Shown piece after piece: positions 54,601-63,102 of a stretch of DNA of 64,000 bases. A program made the position numbers and the translations under genes. Source of the stretch: Myxococcota bacterium (GTDB lineage: Bacteria > Myxococcota_A > Polyangia > Nannocystales > Nannocystaceae); assembly GCA_039028615.1 (NCBI GenBank), contig JBCCHT010000025.1, positions 64,001-128,000 of the forward strand, in the 5' to 3' direction. How positions within the stretch are numbered: position 1 is the stretch's first letter; each line of letters starts with the position of its first letter. The notes below the pieces were generated by a model. The model saw nothing but the letters and a program-made list of their open reading frames with translations, made no database searches and was not told the origin of the DNA.

Positions 54601-57267
54601 CGTGATCGAGCAGGAGTTGAAGGTCATGGTGCCGCTGAAGGTCCGAGCACCGTACAGGCCGTTACCCACGATGGTGTTGTGGGTGTGGTTCTGAGTCCGC
54701 GCCTCGATCCCCTCTTGCCCGTTGTTGGCGAGGGTGAGGTTCGACAGGTTGGACGTGGTCACGTTGGCGTAGATGCCCTCGGTCCCGCTGTTCCAGACGC
54801 CTCCGACGTCCCAGTTCAGCGTGCTGCCGCCCTGCACGTGGAGCCCGCGCGCCCCGCTGTTCTCGATCGTGACGTTGGTGAGCGTGGGCGAGCCACTGCC
54901 GGTGAGGTAGATCCCGTCCTGCGTACTGTTGGTCACCACCAGATCGGTGAGGTTCAGGTTCGGGGTGTTGGAGTTGATACCCCGGTAGTTGTTGTTGAGG
55001 GTCGTCCCCGTGATGGTGGGACCACCGCCCGTGATGAAGATGCCGGCGTCGCTCGACTCCTCGATGACCGCGTTTTGGATGATGTGGTTGCTCGAACGCA
55101 GGTCGAGGCCGTTGCGCGCGTATCGGATGTTCGTCTCCGAGACGTTGAACGACGGCGACGACGCGATGATGACCAACCCGGTCCAATCGCCGGGCGCGGG
55201 TACGGCCGCCGCCGAGGTCATGTTCGCGAAGTTGGAGACGGTGCCGTCGGCCTCGAGCTCGCCCGCCACGTAGATCTCGACGAGGTCGAGATCGGTACCG
55301 GCCTCGAGCGTGTCGCCGATCACCATCTCGAGCGTCGCCCCCGGCTGCACGGTGACCGTGGTGTCGGGGTGAATGAGCATGTCCCCCGATAGCTGGTAGG
55401 TCGTGTCGGCCGCGAAGACATGATCGACGTACCAGGCCCCGTGGAAGCCGGCCGGGCTCGGTGCGCCGACGTAGTCGATTGCGCCCGCGGCTCCCGTGCC
55501 GTCGAGCGGACTCCACCACCGAGCCGGCGAGCGCTCGGTGGGCTCGAAGTTCCCGTTGGCGGCGTCGACCAGCAGCGCGTCGGCGCGAAGGTTGTCGTAG
55601 ACCCGAGTGCCCGAGGACGGCACGCTGCCGCCCCACCAGACGTTCTCGCGGATGTCGGTGTTGGAGCAGTTGTAGGTCGACGCGCTGAAGACGGTGTTGC
55701 TCGAGAAGAAGACGTTGCGCGTCAGGTCGAGGCAGGTCGACGAGCTGGGATAGTTCCGAATCGCGTAGCTCGTGGCGCCATAGAACGTGTTGAACGAGGC
55801 GACCATCGTGCCGCTGCTCGAGGCGGTCGAGTACACGCCGTACTGGTTCACCCCCGCGAAGATGTTGTTCGTCAGCACCCCCGCCCGCTGATAGTTGATG
55901 CGCGCCCCGGTGTTGAAGTCGGTGATGCTCGAGTTGCTGAGCTGCATCGACCCCGAACCCGAGTACGTGTGGTAGATGCCGTAGTCGCTGTTCGACGCCG
56001 GGTTGCCGGTCATCGTGACCCCATCGACGACGGTCGTGGTGCCCGAGGCCTGCACACCTCGAGCGCAGCCGTTGAGCGTGCCGCCGTTGAGCGTGAACTG
56101 CCCGGAGGTGTTGACGCAGTATCCCGTCGTGCCCCCGCCCGTGGCCGTAAAGTTGTTGACGACCAACGTGCCGTTCGTCTGCAGGAGGCCAGTGGCGTTG
56201 AAGGTCGACACCGTGACGTTGTCGACGGTGTGGTTACCCACGCCCGGAGACGTGAAGCGCAGCGCAGTGTCGGCGTGACGGAGCTCGGCGTACGAGAACG
56301 AGCTCGAAGACCCGCTCTGCAGGATGATGCCCTCCCAGCTGTTGGAGCTCGTCAGCGTCTCGTGCTCGAAGATCACCGGGTTGGCGGCCGTGCCCTGAAC
56401 GTCGAGCGTGCCCTGCACGTCGATGAAGCGGCCCGTATCGCCGGCCCCCATGTGGACCTCGACACCCGCCTCGATGGTCAGGGTCACGCCGGCCGAGATG
56501 GTGAGGTCACCCGCGCCCGGGCCGATGATGTAGGGGCTGCCCGCCAGGTCCCAGGTGGTGTCGACGTTGATCGCCGTGCCGGGAGCCACCGGGGTCATGT
56601 GCGTGACCACGGGACCGATGGTCACGTCGAGGTCGTCGGGCACGGGGGGTGAGCTGCTGCTCGAGCTCGAGTCGTAGTCACTGCCGTCGGACGAATCCTC
56701 GGAGAAGATTCGCTGGCCCACGACGTGGACCTCGGGATTGAGCCCCGCGAGGTCTTCCACCCCGCGGTTGCCGGTCACGATCAGGTCGCCACCGATGAAC
56801 CCGAGCCCACCGAGACCCATGAGCGAGGTCAGCTGATCGTTGTCGACGACGATCAGGTTGCCCTCGATCTCGATGATGCACTCGAGCCCCTCGAGGTCCT
56901 CGAGCTCGGAGGCGAGGATCACCAGATCGCCGGCGATGATGGTGTAGCCCTCGAGCGCCGCCACATCTTCGGCGGTGACCAGCGCGACATCACCCTCGTA
57001 GACCTTGTCTTCGTCGGGGCAGACGAGCTCGCCATCGTCGGACGCGGCCGCATCACTGGCCGTTTCACCGCCGCTCCCCGTGGCCGAGTCGGAGCCCGCG
57101 GTCGTGCCCGTGGACCCCCGCGCGGGCTCGGTATCGACGGTCGCGACCGACGTCGCCCCCGTCGTCGTCCCAGCAGGAGGCACCGCATTGTCTGGCCCGT
57201 CGCACGACAGCAACACACCCAACGAAAGCACCGCGGTTCGCCATGACCGACGCGCAAGCAATCCCAT
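48670..57267 (-). CDS. Giant surface protein: receptor-L-like domain, right-handed beta-helices, PKD domains, 11 Ig-like repeats, MYXO-CTERM
   Basis: LLSC lipobox; L-domain-like leucine repeats; TWDLAGSPYII; DIRGNPRTIGAAPDMGAFE; SWSWDFGDG; GCNSCKTG...LLLMGMLLLRRGRRRR. Confidence 0.9.
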   Translation of the reverse strand: MGLLARRSWRTAVLSLGVLLSCDGPDNAVPPAGTTTGATSVATVDTEPARGSTGTTAGSDSATGSGGETASDAAASDDGELVCPDEDKVYEGDVALVTAEDVAALEGYTIIAGDLVILASELEDLEGLECIIEIEGNLIVVDNDQLTSLMGLGGLGFIGGDLIVTGNRGVEDLAGLNPEVHVVGQRIFSEDSSDGSDYDSSSSSSSPPVPDDLDVTIGPVVTHMTPVAPGTAINVDTTWDLAGSPYIIGPGAGDLTISAGVTLTIEAGVEVHMGAGDTGRFIDVQGTLDVQGTAANPVIFEHETLTSSNSWEGIILQSGSSSSFSYAELRHADTALRFTSPGVGNHTVDNVTVSTFNATGLLQTNGTLVVNNFTATGGGTTGYCVNTSGQFTLNGGTLNGCARGVQASGTTTVVDGVTMTGNPASNSDYGIYHTYSGSGSMQLSNSSITDFNTGARINYQRAGVLTNNIFAGVNQYGVYSTASSSGTMVASFNTFYGATSYAIRNYPSSSTCLDLTRNVFFSSNTVFSASTYNCSNTDIRENVWWGGSVPSSGTRVYDNLRADALLVDAANGNFEPTERSPARWWSPLDGTGAAGAIDYVGAPSPAGFHGAWYVDHVFAADTTYQLSGDMLIHPDTTVTVQPGATLEMVIGDTLEAGTDLDLVEIYVAGELEADGTVSNFANMTSAAAVPAPGDWTGLVIIASSPSFNVSETNIRYARNGLDLRSSNHIIQNAVIEESSDAGIFITGGGPTITGTTLNNNYRGINSNTPNLNLTDLVVTNSTQDGIYLTGSGSPTLTNVTIENSGARGLHVQGGSTLNWDVGGVWNSGTEGIYANVTTSNLSNLTLANNGQEGIEARTQNHTHNTIVGNGLYGARTFSGTMTFNSCSITHNVSSATSGGVNCNDTNRWGNGGGNGGLIDSSGCFGYNPLYADLAGGDYRPTSRSPNRNQGLDGYIGVEPYVGHLTVPMMGYFWEDHTFLAGSHQVPGDIIVPTGSTVTLQPGSVLLFQVDGDDMGGGEVSSRSAIRVLSGGTLVTDDSGAPITLAPDTINPEPSDWQGLRFFDAGTSNVSNVRIEYPNTGIRMTGPSGPVISDTEMLYVDAYGIYGSDVDNATNDVDIERVSIIGDGLNAYGMYFTGGCDGTIRSSYITHANYAGTGYGIRVTNSGNDLDIINNTIVNQRYGIYYTSSSGNYDIYNNIIANSRTYAIYGETSSTQRHRSNVFFDTSNRAEAPSGSNNIGNIFIDPLIEDDDWEAFPRWWDGAVWAESLAVNGGDPSAPNLPTLDIRGNPRTIGAAPDMGAFEFDPAANQEPRADGIPDTVLQPHNEPIVLDGSAAVDPDGTIDTAYWTIESTGEVVAGLSPNYTFDTNGNGQFAYITIIDNDGAEDHHRVQFDVNMRPVADAGVEVFEDVGNPVNFNEASTDGDGTIVSWSWDFGDGVGTSNDPNPQYTYNSVGDFTVTLTVTDNVGLTDVDTTVAHITGMGADTTGPNVIHAEIPDGQIAGNDVAIVADITDPSGVNSAFACYRAIGELTNCAGFVPLALVGGNTYSGVIPGASVTTAGVEYWIVADDPLGNSSITPAGAPAAAVWDFLVVTENNPPDIVHSEVVDGQNEGAPVNIQATISDATGVGSAYVYYRTLGSADPYTVLAMSDGGGNVWSASIPAVDVNPPGIEYYLEASDTNAVPNVSTHPIGAPIILNDFTVVEGAGSDTTPPTMNHTPIADGQIAGNPVTITADIIDASGVAAATVYYRDVGAAGFSSSAMANIGGNTWQAQIPGIDVTAAGVDYYIEASDTSANFGTDPAGAPASVHTFTVDTVDAEGPVIVHTPVANGQAPAAAVTVSATVTDVSGLSFVRVYYRTQGGLPIFSFVNAANVGGDVWEADIPSGAVSTPGVDYYIQANDTLGNSSSDPVGAPGSFHSFTVGAVDGDGPSIVHTEVPNGQTEGMAVPISATIVDPSGVTAANLHYRIAGAPTFTIVAMVAGAGDVYTSSIPEASVTTAGVDYFIEAVDGSPGANVSTDPFSSWHTFTVIAADMTGPIITHTAITELDFGDPLVVVATLTDASPIDTAVVRWRLDGGGYADAPMANIGGNDYQATVPAGSIPDGTVIVGYYIDVSDSLGNMSVLPVGAPATDYPVTVIYPDTTAPVVTLEPIAEPHVEGDDLLVTINATDAESGITSVAVYYKETAEAVYASVPAVGAGPYTAVIPGAAMVAPSMDIYAEAVDGNLNTGTSAVTTVTVIPPPDVDPPTILIAPVPNGQLEGVAVTVDASITDPSGVASATLFYRVQGGNFSPVPFANTVGDNWEATIPAGDVEVPLMEYYVLATDASPAANVGVAPAGGAGAPLSFTVDTNDTAGPTIAHTPVMGPVLSGSNVVVQATLNDGAGVDSASVWWRDEGAGVFTEIAMTNFGAGLWSAEIPSVVAPGVDYYISAQDTLGNQSWDPGTAPATWHNVEVIDQDVDPPAISHVEITDGQLEGMPVTIEATVADPSGVDSVLLYYRTAGGGPFVAAAMPLVGGGLYSGTIPGGAVALPAVEYYIQATDLAFGGSNTGFAPLGAPGVLYDFDVGPIDVDPPVIVHTPIVDGQEEGFGVTVTADITDATGLTSVTLYYRTSGMGMWTSVDMPQTVGDTHEAEIDAAFVLPPGVDYYIEAVDSTVAQLAQTHPLDAPDVDYHEFTVEGMMGSSGSSGTTDGGESSSSGTTDGGESSSSGTTGGESSSGTTDGGESSSSGTTDGGESSSSGTTDGGESGSSEGGSTDEGGSTDEGGSTSRGESDGTTDTPDGTGSDTESPADTTAGSDTEGTGSGTDTGSGSDDGATGSTGDSSPNASAVDEGCNSCKTGNSSGGPRAFLLLMGMLLLRRGRRRRTR
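48970..49216 (-). repeat. Coding tandem repeats in stalk of giant protein: about 6 x 33 bp GTTDGGESSSS and about 3 x 18 bp EGGST(D)
   Basis: Repeated cccgagctgctcgactc(g/c)cc(a/g)cc(g/a)tccgtggt units. Confidence 0.85.
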
Positions 57268-57789
57268 CGTCGTGCTCTAACACCCGCAAAAAACCCTCTC
57301 AAGTGAACCCACGAGCCGGTTTCGGGGCTCTCCTTCATCGTTCGCCCGACGCTTCGCCCCGCGTTCGATCGGGTTGGCACGTGACAACGAGACGAATTCT
57401 CGGAGCGGTTGCCGGTTCGCTGCGCACGGATCCTCGAGTGCCTACACGGGCATTCATCACGAACGCGACGACCGATTCGAACGCCCTCGTACTTTTGGTC
57501 AATTCGTGCAGAAGTGATCGGGAAAGTGCCGAAGCTCTACCGTCGACCCCGTCGTTCGAGCTTGGGACGCTCGTGGATCGATGCGGACCGTCGACCCGCA
57601 TGGCGAAACATTTTTCGCGGGGTGCAACGCCTACAGGTCGGACTCGGATCGAGACCACGACGTGATCGAGCCCTCGCCCCGACGTTGCTCGCATCACGCG
57701 AACGACGACGTCGGAGGGAGGGCTCGCAGGGCATCCCTCCTTCGAGCGCGAGGAGGCACTCGGGAGGGCGCGACTCGGGCTCGATGCCG

Positions 57790-58050
57790 CTAGCGTCGTT
57801 CCGACGGAGCGACCACCGAGATGCTGGTCCCGCGCAGGTCCACCTGGGCAATGGAGATCGAGACTTCGGAACCGTCTTGGAACTCGATCTCCAGGCTGAC
57901 ATCGCGGTCTCCGACCGCGAGCTCATGAAGCCATTCGTGATCACCCGGATCGATGATCCCGGTGCTCGTGTCGTAGGTCCCGCCCCGGAGCAGGACAGTG
58001 GTGCCGTCGCGAGCCTCTGCCGACAGCCGCTGGATGATCTTCGTCGCCAT
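57790..58050 (-). CDS. Small hypothetical protein
   Basis: 86-aa ORF MATKIIQRLSAEARDG..., beta-rich composition, downstream of MpaB-family gene. Confidence 0.55.
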   Translation of the reverse strand: MATKIIQRLSAEARDGTTVLLRGGTYDTSTGIIDPGDHEWLHELAVGDRDVSLEIEFQDGSEVSISIAQVDLRGTSISVVAPSERR

Positions 58051-58129
58051 GGCTGCATGGAACCGCCATGCGCACGACGACGCAACCCCCGTAAGCAGGG
58101 GGCAGGCGCACATCCGCGAGCCTTCTCCG

Positions 58130-59092
58130 CTACGAAGAGCCCGGCCCGTCGCCGCCGCGGTCGATGAGGAACATACCCAGCCGCTCGAGCCCTCGACCGA
58201 AGCGGTCTCGACCCGGCCGCCCCTGCACGCGACGGCGCGCTTCCACATAGGCCGGATGCACCCGCAGGCGGCTCGGCAAGCGCGGGACCACGGCACGCAA
58301 GGTCGCCATCGAAGCGCGATGGATCCGTTGCTCGGTCGCACCATAGGGAAGCTCGTACGCCTCGCGGAGCCCGGGCGGCATCAAGCCCGCGGTGACGATT
58401 TCGAGCCAGCGAAACAAGGGTCGCCGAATCCACTGTGGACTCGACAGCAGAAACCGTCGCATCTCGATCGCGGGCTCGCCCACCGCCAGGCAATCGGACT
58501 GCCACATGCGCTGGTTGTACGCGAGGAAGTCGGCCCAGGTCGGCGGCAGCACGGCCGGGCTCACCCCGAACAGCGCCGCGAAGCGCCACGACTCACGGTA
58601 GTAGGTCTCCTTGTCCTCGTCGCTCAGCGGCCGCACGCACTGCTCGTAGACCAGCACCGAGGTCTCCACGAGGGTGGCATAGACCCACAATAATGCATCC
58701 TCGTCGTTGGCTTCGTAGCGATCGCCCTTCCGCTGCCGCCCCACGTCCTCCGCCACCGAGCCCACCATCCGCTCGTGGATCGCTCGCACGCGTCGCGCCG
58801 ATCGTTCCGCCGCCTCGTACGGCCCGAAGATCATCGCGTACACGTTGTCGAAGGTTCGCTTGAACCGCCCCAGCGGGTCGGTCCGGGTATGCGAGTGCTG
58901 ATCGATCGCATGCGCCACGAACGGGTGAGCCGTCTGCAACAGCGCAGCGCGACCCGCCCCCACGAACACGATGATCTCCCGGTTCAGCCGCCACGAGACG
59001 CTATCGGGCGCATAGATCCCCGCCTCGGGCTCGCTCACCTGCGCGCGCACCCAGGCGAGCCGGGATTCGAATTGATCGCGCTCGACGGTCAT
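58130..59092 (-). CDS. Oxygenase MpaB family (DUF2236) protein
   Basis: PDSVSWRL, GRAALLQTAHP, DPLGRFKRT, VRAIH, YEANDEDALLWV. Confidence 0.9.
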   Translation of the reverse strand: MTVERDQFESRLAWVRAQVSEPEAGIYAPDSVSWRLNREIIVFVGAGRAALLQTAHPFVAHAIDQHSHTRTDPLGRFKRTFDNVYAMIFGPYEAAERSARRVRAIHERMVGSVAEDVGRQRKGDRYEANDEDALLWVYATLVETSVLVYEQCVRPLSDEDKETYYRESWRFAALFGVSPAVLPPTWADFLAYNQRMWQSDCLAVGEPAIEMRRFLLSSPQWIRRPLFRWLEIVTAGLMPPGLREAYELPYGATEQRIHRASMATLRAVVPRLPSRLRVHPAYVEARRRVQGRPGRDRFGRGLERLGMFLIDRGGDGPGSS

Positions 59093-59116
59093 GACCGCGG
59101 CCGCATTGTAGCGGCC

Positions 59117-60526
59117 CTACGTCAGGATCGAGTCGATGAGCCCCGAGTACGCCGACGGGGTGCCCAACACCCGGTCGACGCCATTGGCTGCCAGCAAGGT
59201 CGTATACAGGTCCGTGCTGGAAGCCCCGACGTCGAAGATCTGCCCCGTGCGGATGCGGCCGTTACAGCCGCTGACGGCATGGAACACGCTCTCGAGGTCG
59301 TGCGGCGCCCCGTTGCCCAGCTCGGTGCCCATGGTGATGAGGGCGTTGTCCAGCACGGTGCCGCCGTTTTCATCCGCGTAGTTAGGGTCGTCGAGCAGCT
59401 GGAGGAAGTACACCATCTGGCTGAGCAAGAAGTGGGTATGCCAGCGCATCTCGGTGTTGGCCGCCCCGGGGTTGTAGCTGTGCCAGTACTCGTGGCTGCC
59501 CGCGCTGCCGATGGGATGCGAGGCGTCGGCGAACTGAATGGTCTCGCCGCCGTAGTCCCAAGGCCCTTGTAGGTGCAGCCGCTCGCCCGCGGACTGGAAC
59601 ATCACCATGCCGAAGCGGGTGAGGTCGCAGTGCACGGCCATGGCGTACAGCTCACACATGCGCTGCCAGTAGGTGACCCACTCGTTGACCAACAAAATGG
59701 GCCCGCCCCCGCCTCCGTCGACGTCCTGGCCGTGCAGCAGCGGCAGGGTGCCGGGGTGGTCGGGCAGCTCGCACGCCAGGTCCTCGGGGAACAGCTTCTT
59801 CTCGAGCTCGCGCACCTTGTCGAGGTGGTCGGCGATCTTCGAGCGCGACGAGGCGCCGAGCGGAGAGCCGCTGCCCGTGTAGTGCTGGTACTGGTCGAGC
59901 ACCGAGTCGAGGATGCTGCGCTCGTAGTGTGCCGCCCGCAGATCGTCGGGATCGGTGCTGGTCCCCGCGTCGCCGAAGATCCGATCGAAGAGCGCGTCGG
60001 GGCTCTCGATGGGCACGTCGACCGCGGTGCCGTCTTCCTTCCAGCAGTGCACGAAGCGGGTGAGCGACAGGTCGTTGTCGAGCTTGCGACGGAAGAAGCT
60101 CCCCATCATCAGGGTGGTGACCAGCGTGTCGGGCCCCTGGGGATACTTGGCCGCGAGCAGGGCCTGGTCGACGGAGGGCCCGCCCGCTTCGCTGGTGGTG
60201 GGCGGCTCGACCCCCGTGAAGATTCCGCCACCCCCGTCGAAGTGGTTGTTCTCGGAGCCGTCGCACTCGTACAAGTTCACACCGCGCAAGATCGCCAGCT
60301 TGTCGGCGACGGCGGCCAGCGGTGACATCGGCCCGGACAGGCCCTCGGCCTGAATCTGCTTGGGGATGCCGAGCCCGAAGAACAGGTTGAACGCCCGCGC
60401 GGGCGGCTCGGCCTGGCCCCCGTAGGCGCTTTCGATGCGCATCTCGTCGAGGAAGGGCAGACCGATGGCGACCGTGCCCGCGCCTCGCAGCAGGGTCCGA
60501 CGACTCATGACGTTGCGGTTTCGCAT
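59117..60526 (-). CDS. DUF1552 domain protein
   Basis: SRRTLLRGAGTVAIGLPFL Tat-like leader, PSVDQ, SILDSV, HLDKVRELEK, GTVLDN; adjacent to DUF1592 gene. Confidence 0.9.
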   Translation of the reverse strand: MRNRNVMSRRTLLRGAGTVAIGLPFLDEMRIESAYGGQAEPPARAFNLFFGLGIPKQIQAEGLSGPMSPLAAVADKLAILRGVNLYECDGSENNHFDGGGGIFTGVEPPTTSEAGGPSVDQALLAAKYPQGPDTLVTTLMMGSFFRRKLDNDLSLTRFVHCWKEDGTAVDVPIESPDALFDRIFGDAGTSTDPDDLRAAHYERSILDSVLDQYQHYTGSGSPLGASSRSKIADHLDKVRELEKKLFPEDLACELPDHPGTLPLLHGQDVDGGGGGPILLVNEWVTYWQRMCELYAMAVHCDLTRFGMVMFQSAGERLHLQGPWDYGGETIQFADASHPIGSAGSHEYWHSYNPGAANTEMRWHTHFLLSQMVYFLQLLDDPNYADENGGTVLDNALITMGTELGNGAPHDLESVFHAVSGCNGRIRTGQIFDVGASSTDLYTTLLAANGVDRVLGTPSAYSGLIDSILT

Positions 60527-60529
60527 CGG

Positions 60530-62230
60530 TTACTCCGCCCTCACGTGTCGAAAGCTGTCGTGGGTGACGATGGCGGTGACCAGGGCGTGGTAGGAGCCCC
60601 CGGCCTCGGCCGCCGCGGTGGCGATCTGCTCGGACATGCACGCGTCGTCCAGACCGAGGGGTCGGCCCATCGCAAACTGCAGGGGCTTGCGGACGCCGAC
60701 GCACCAGTCGGCCTGCTCGTTCTCGGCGATCACGTGGGCGAACTCTTCGGTCGTCTCGAACGGAATGCCCTGCCCGGTCGCGGGATCGGTGAGCCACCCG
60801 TCTTGCTGCAGCGGGTTGCCCAGCTCGTCGTGGCTCTGCCAGCGACCGATGCCGTCGTAGGGCTCGAAGGCCCAGCCCATGGGGTCGAACTGGCCGTGGC
60901 AGGCATTGCAGGTGGCGTTCGCCAGGCGCTGCTCGGAGTAGTAGCGCGGCGACTGGCCCGGCTCGAGCTCCCCCATGCTGGTGTCGACCTCGGCCGGCGG
61001 CGCAGCGACGGAGGAACACAGCACACCACGCAGCACGAACAGCCCGCGCTCGACGATGGAGGGCCGGTTGCCGTGCCCGTTGATCGCCTGCACGCCCGCG
61101 TGGGTGAGCACGCCGAGGCGATGCGGCACCTCGGCCAGCGAGTAGCGCTGCCAGCCCTCCCCCGGGTTCTCGATGCCGTAAAGCGCAGCGAGCTGCGGGG
61201 TGGCCCAAGTGAAGTCGGCCGTGAGCAACGCGGTGATCGGCGCTCGCTCTTCCCACAGCAGCTCCTCGGCCACGCGCAGGGTCTCCTCGCGCATGTCGTT
61301 GGCCAGCGCGACGGAAAACTCGGGGTACTGCTCGGGGTCGCGGTTGATGGTGGGCAGCCCATCGAGCGCCAGCCAGTCGCCCACGTAGCGCAGCGCGGTC
61401 TCCTTGGCGCGCGGCTGTGCCAGCATGCGCTCGACCTGCGCCTGCAGCTGCTCGGTGGTGTGCAGCTGTCCCGCCGCGGCGGCCTCGAAGAGCGCGTCGT
61501 CGGGCGAGCTGCTCCACAACAGGTAGGACAGACGGGAGGCGACTTCGTAGTCGCTCAGCTCGCGGAGATCACCCGGCTGCCCGTCGGCGGGCAGCTCGTC
61601 TTCGAGGCGGTACAGAAACTGAGGCGCCTGCAGCAAGGCATGCAGCACCAACGCGGCCCCCGTGCCGAAGCCATCGCCTTCCTCCAGCGCCGCGGTGAAG
61701 TTGCGACGCAGGGACTCGACCTCGGGCTCGAGCAAGGGACGACGCCACACCAGGCGCCCGAGGCTGCCGATGAAGCCGCGCTCGCACTCGGCCGTGAACT
61801 CGGTGCACGCGGCATGGGCGTTGAGCACCGCCAACGGATCGGGCAGCTGCGCCACGATCAGCTCCGCGAGGTCGTGATAGGCCTCGATGTGATCGTAGGT
61901 GACCAGCAGACCGCTGACCTGATTCGAAAACCCTTCGGAGCGCAGGTCGGCGGGCAAGAGCGCTTCGGCGTCGGACGTGATGTCGACCCCGAACATGTCG
62001 TGCACCGTGTTGACGTACTCGACGGTGGTCAGCCGCCGCACGACCGACGCGCCCTGCTCGCTGGCGCAGGCCTGCGGGCCCCCGTCGTCAGTGCCGTCGT
62101 CGTCACCGCCGTCGTCATCGGCGGCCGTGGGGACGCCCTGGCCCGGGTCGCTCGCCGGGTCGACGCCCGAGTAGCAGCCCAGCGCCCCTGCGCCCGCCAA
62201 TCCCCAACCCGCGACGATCCACCGCCGCAT
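60530..62230 (-). CDS. DUF1587/1595/1592/1588/1585 lipoprotein with CxxCH
   Basis: ALGC lipobox; RRLTTVEYVNTVHD, ASRLSYLLWSSSPDDAL, CNACHGQFDPMG. Confidence 0.92.
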   Translation of the reverse strand: MRRWIVAGWGLAGAGALGCYSGVDPASDPGQGVPTAADDDGGDDDGTDDGGPQACASEQGASVVRRLTTVEYVNTVHDMFGVDITSDAEALLPADLRSEGFSNQVSGLLVTYDHIEAYHDLAELIVAQLPDPLAVLNAHAACTEFTAECERGFIGSLGRLVWRRPLLEPEVESLRRNFTAALEEGDGFGTGAALVLHALLQAPQFLYRLEDELPADGQPGDLRELSDYEVASRLSYLLWSSSPDDALFEAAAAGQLHTTEQLQAQVERMLAQPRAKETALRYVGDWLALDGLPTINRDPEQYPEFSVALANDMREETLRVAEELLWEERAPITALLTADFTWATPQLAALYGIENPGEGWQRYSLAEVPHRLGVLTHAGVQAINGHGNRPSIVERGLFVLRGVLCSSVAAPPAEVDTSMGELEPGQSPRYYSEQRLANATCNACHGQFDPMGWAFEPYDGIGRWQSHDELGNPLQQDGWLTDPATGQGIPFETTEEFAHVIAENEQADWCVGVRKPLQFAMGRPLGLDDACMSEQIATAAAEAGGSYHALVTAIVTHDSFRHVRAE

Positions 62231-62443
62231 TGCCACACATCTCACCCTATTACTTACATTGTAGGGAAATGAGGGTGGCGGCAACGTGGATTTGGGGAAA
62301 AATCGGCTCGTCGTCCGCCGTCGGGGTTGGCCAGACCACGCTTGCCACGCCCACCGACGATCGATCCCGCGAAACGAGCGAGATCGCTACGCCGCGGGTC
62401 GTGTCGCGTCGGCCGGCCGAAATCATCTCGGTGGCACGATGGG

Positions 62444-62482
62444 AAAAAAAGAGCCCCGTCGCTTGGGGAGGCGACGGGGCTC
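62444..62482 (-). terminator. Strong intrinsic terminator, minus strand
   Basis: Perfect 12-bp stem GAGCCCCGUCGC/GCGACGGGGCUC, loop CUCCCCAA, followed by U7. Confidence 0.85.
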
Positions 62483-62740
62483 GAACTCGGGACTCTTGTC
62501 TTTTGGGGGATGAGGGGTCGAGTCGCGAGGGCCAATGCTGGACAGCAGCGCTCTATTGGGGGGGGAGGAAGGAGAGTCTGCTGTCGTCGATAGGCCGGGG
62601 ATATAGGCCGCGGGACATTGAACCGCGGCGCGAGGTCCACTGAGCGATTGGTCTAGGTAGACCCGTAAAGGGTCTGACTCGGAGCGGAAGGATTGGGGGG
62701 GGAGGGTTTCCGCTGCGAGTGCCGCTCAGCGACAACGCAG
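62444..62740 (-). ncRNA. Candidate structured sRNA, unit 2, C-rich loops
   Basis: Downstream of repeated promoter-like motif; six hairpins, four with CCCC(C)AA loops; ends at U7 terminator; no convincing CDS. Confidence 0.6.
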
Positions 62741-62745
62741 CTACT

Positions 62746-62781
62746 TAGTGGGATTCGCTCACCAACCGATCACGAAAATCG
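62746..62781 (-). promoter_or_regulatory. Promoter-like motif CGATTTnCGTGATCGGTTG-N11-CCACTA, copy 2
   Basis: Direct repeat of 63103-63138 with 24 identical positions in three blocks. Confidence 0.65.
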
Positions 62782-62789
62782 GAGAAAAA

Positions 62790-63097
62790 AAGCGTGAGCA
62801 AAAAGGCGCCGATTCCGGTCGTAGGGCCCTCTCGACGGGCCCACAGGCCTGATTGGCCTGGAACCAAAAGGAAGACCCAGACCGCGTTGGGGGCTCGCGG
62901 GCTGGGTCGAGGAGGAACGGATTCCGACTGTTGAGCGCGCGTCGGAATCCGGACGGAAATTGGTGCTGCGTGGGGGCTCGCAGCGGGTGCATCGGCCACA
63001 CTGGTTGGGGGCGGCGAGAAGAAAAAACCGAGCGCGAACCCGGGGCCCAGGAAGAGGGCTCGACCGGGCTCGACGCCCAGTGCGGTGACGATGCGAC
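62790..63097 (-). ncRNA. Candidate structured sRNA, unit 1, C-rich loops
   Basis: Downstream of promoter-like copy 1; hairpins at about 63027-63086, 62965-62984, 62918-62951 and 62874-62908; GCCCCCA(A) motif three times; 3' end uncertain. Confidence 0.5.
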
Positions 63098-63102
63098 GGA
63101 GG

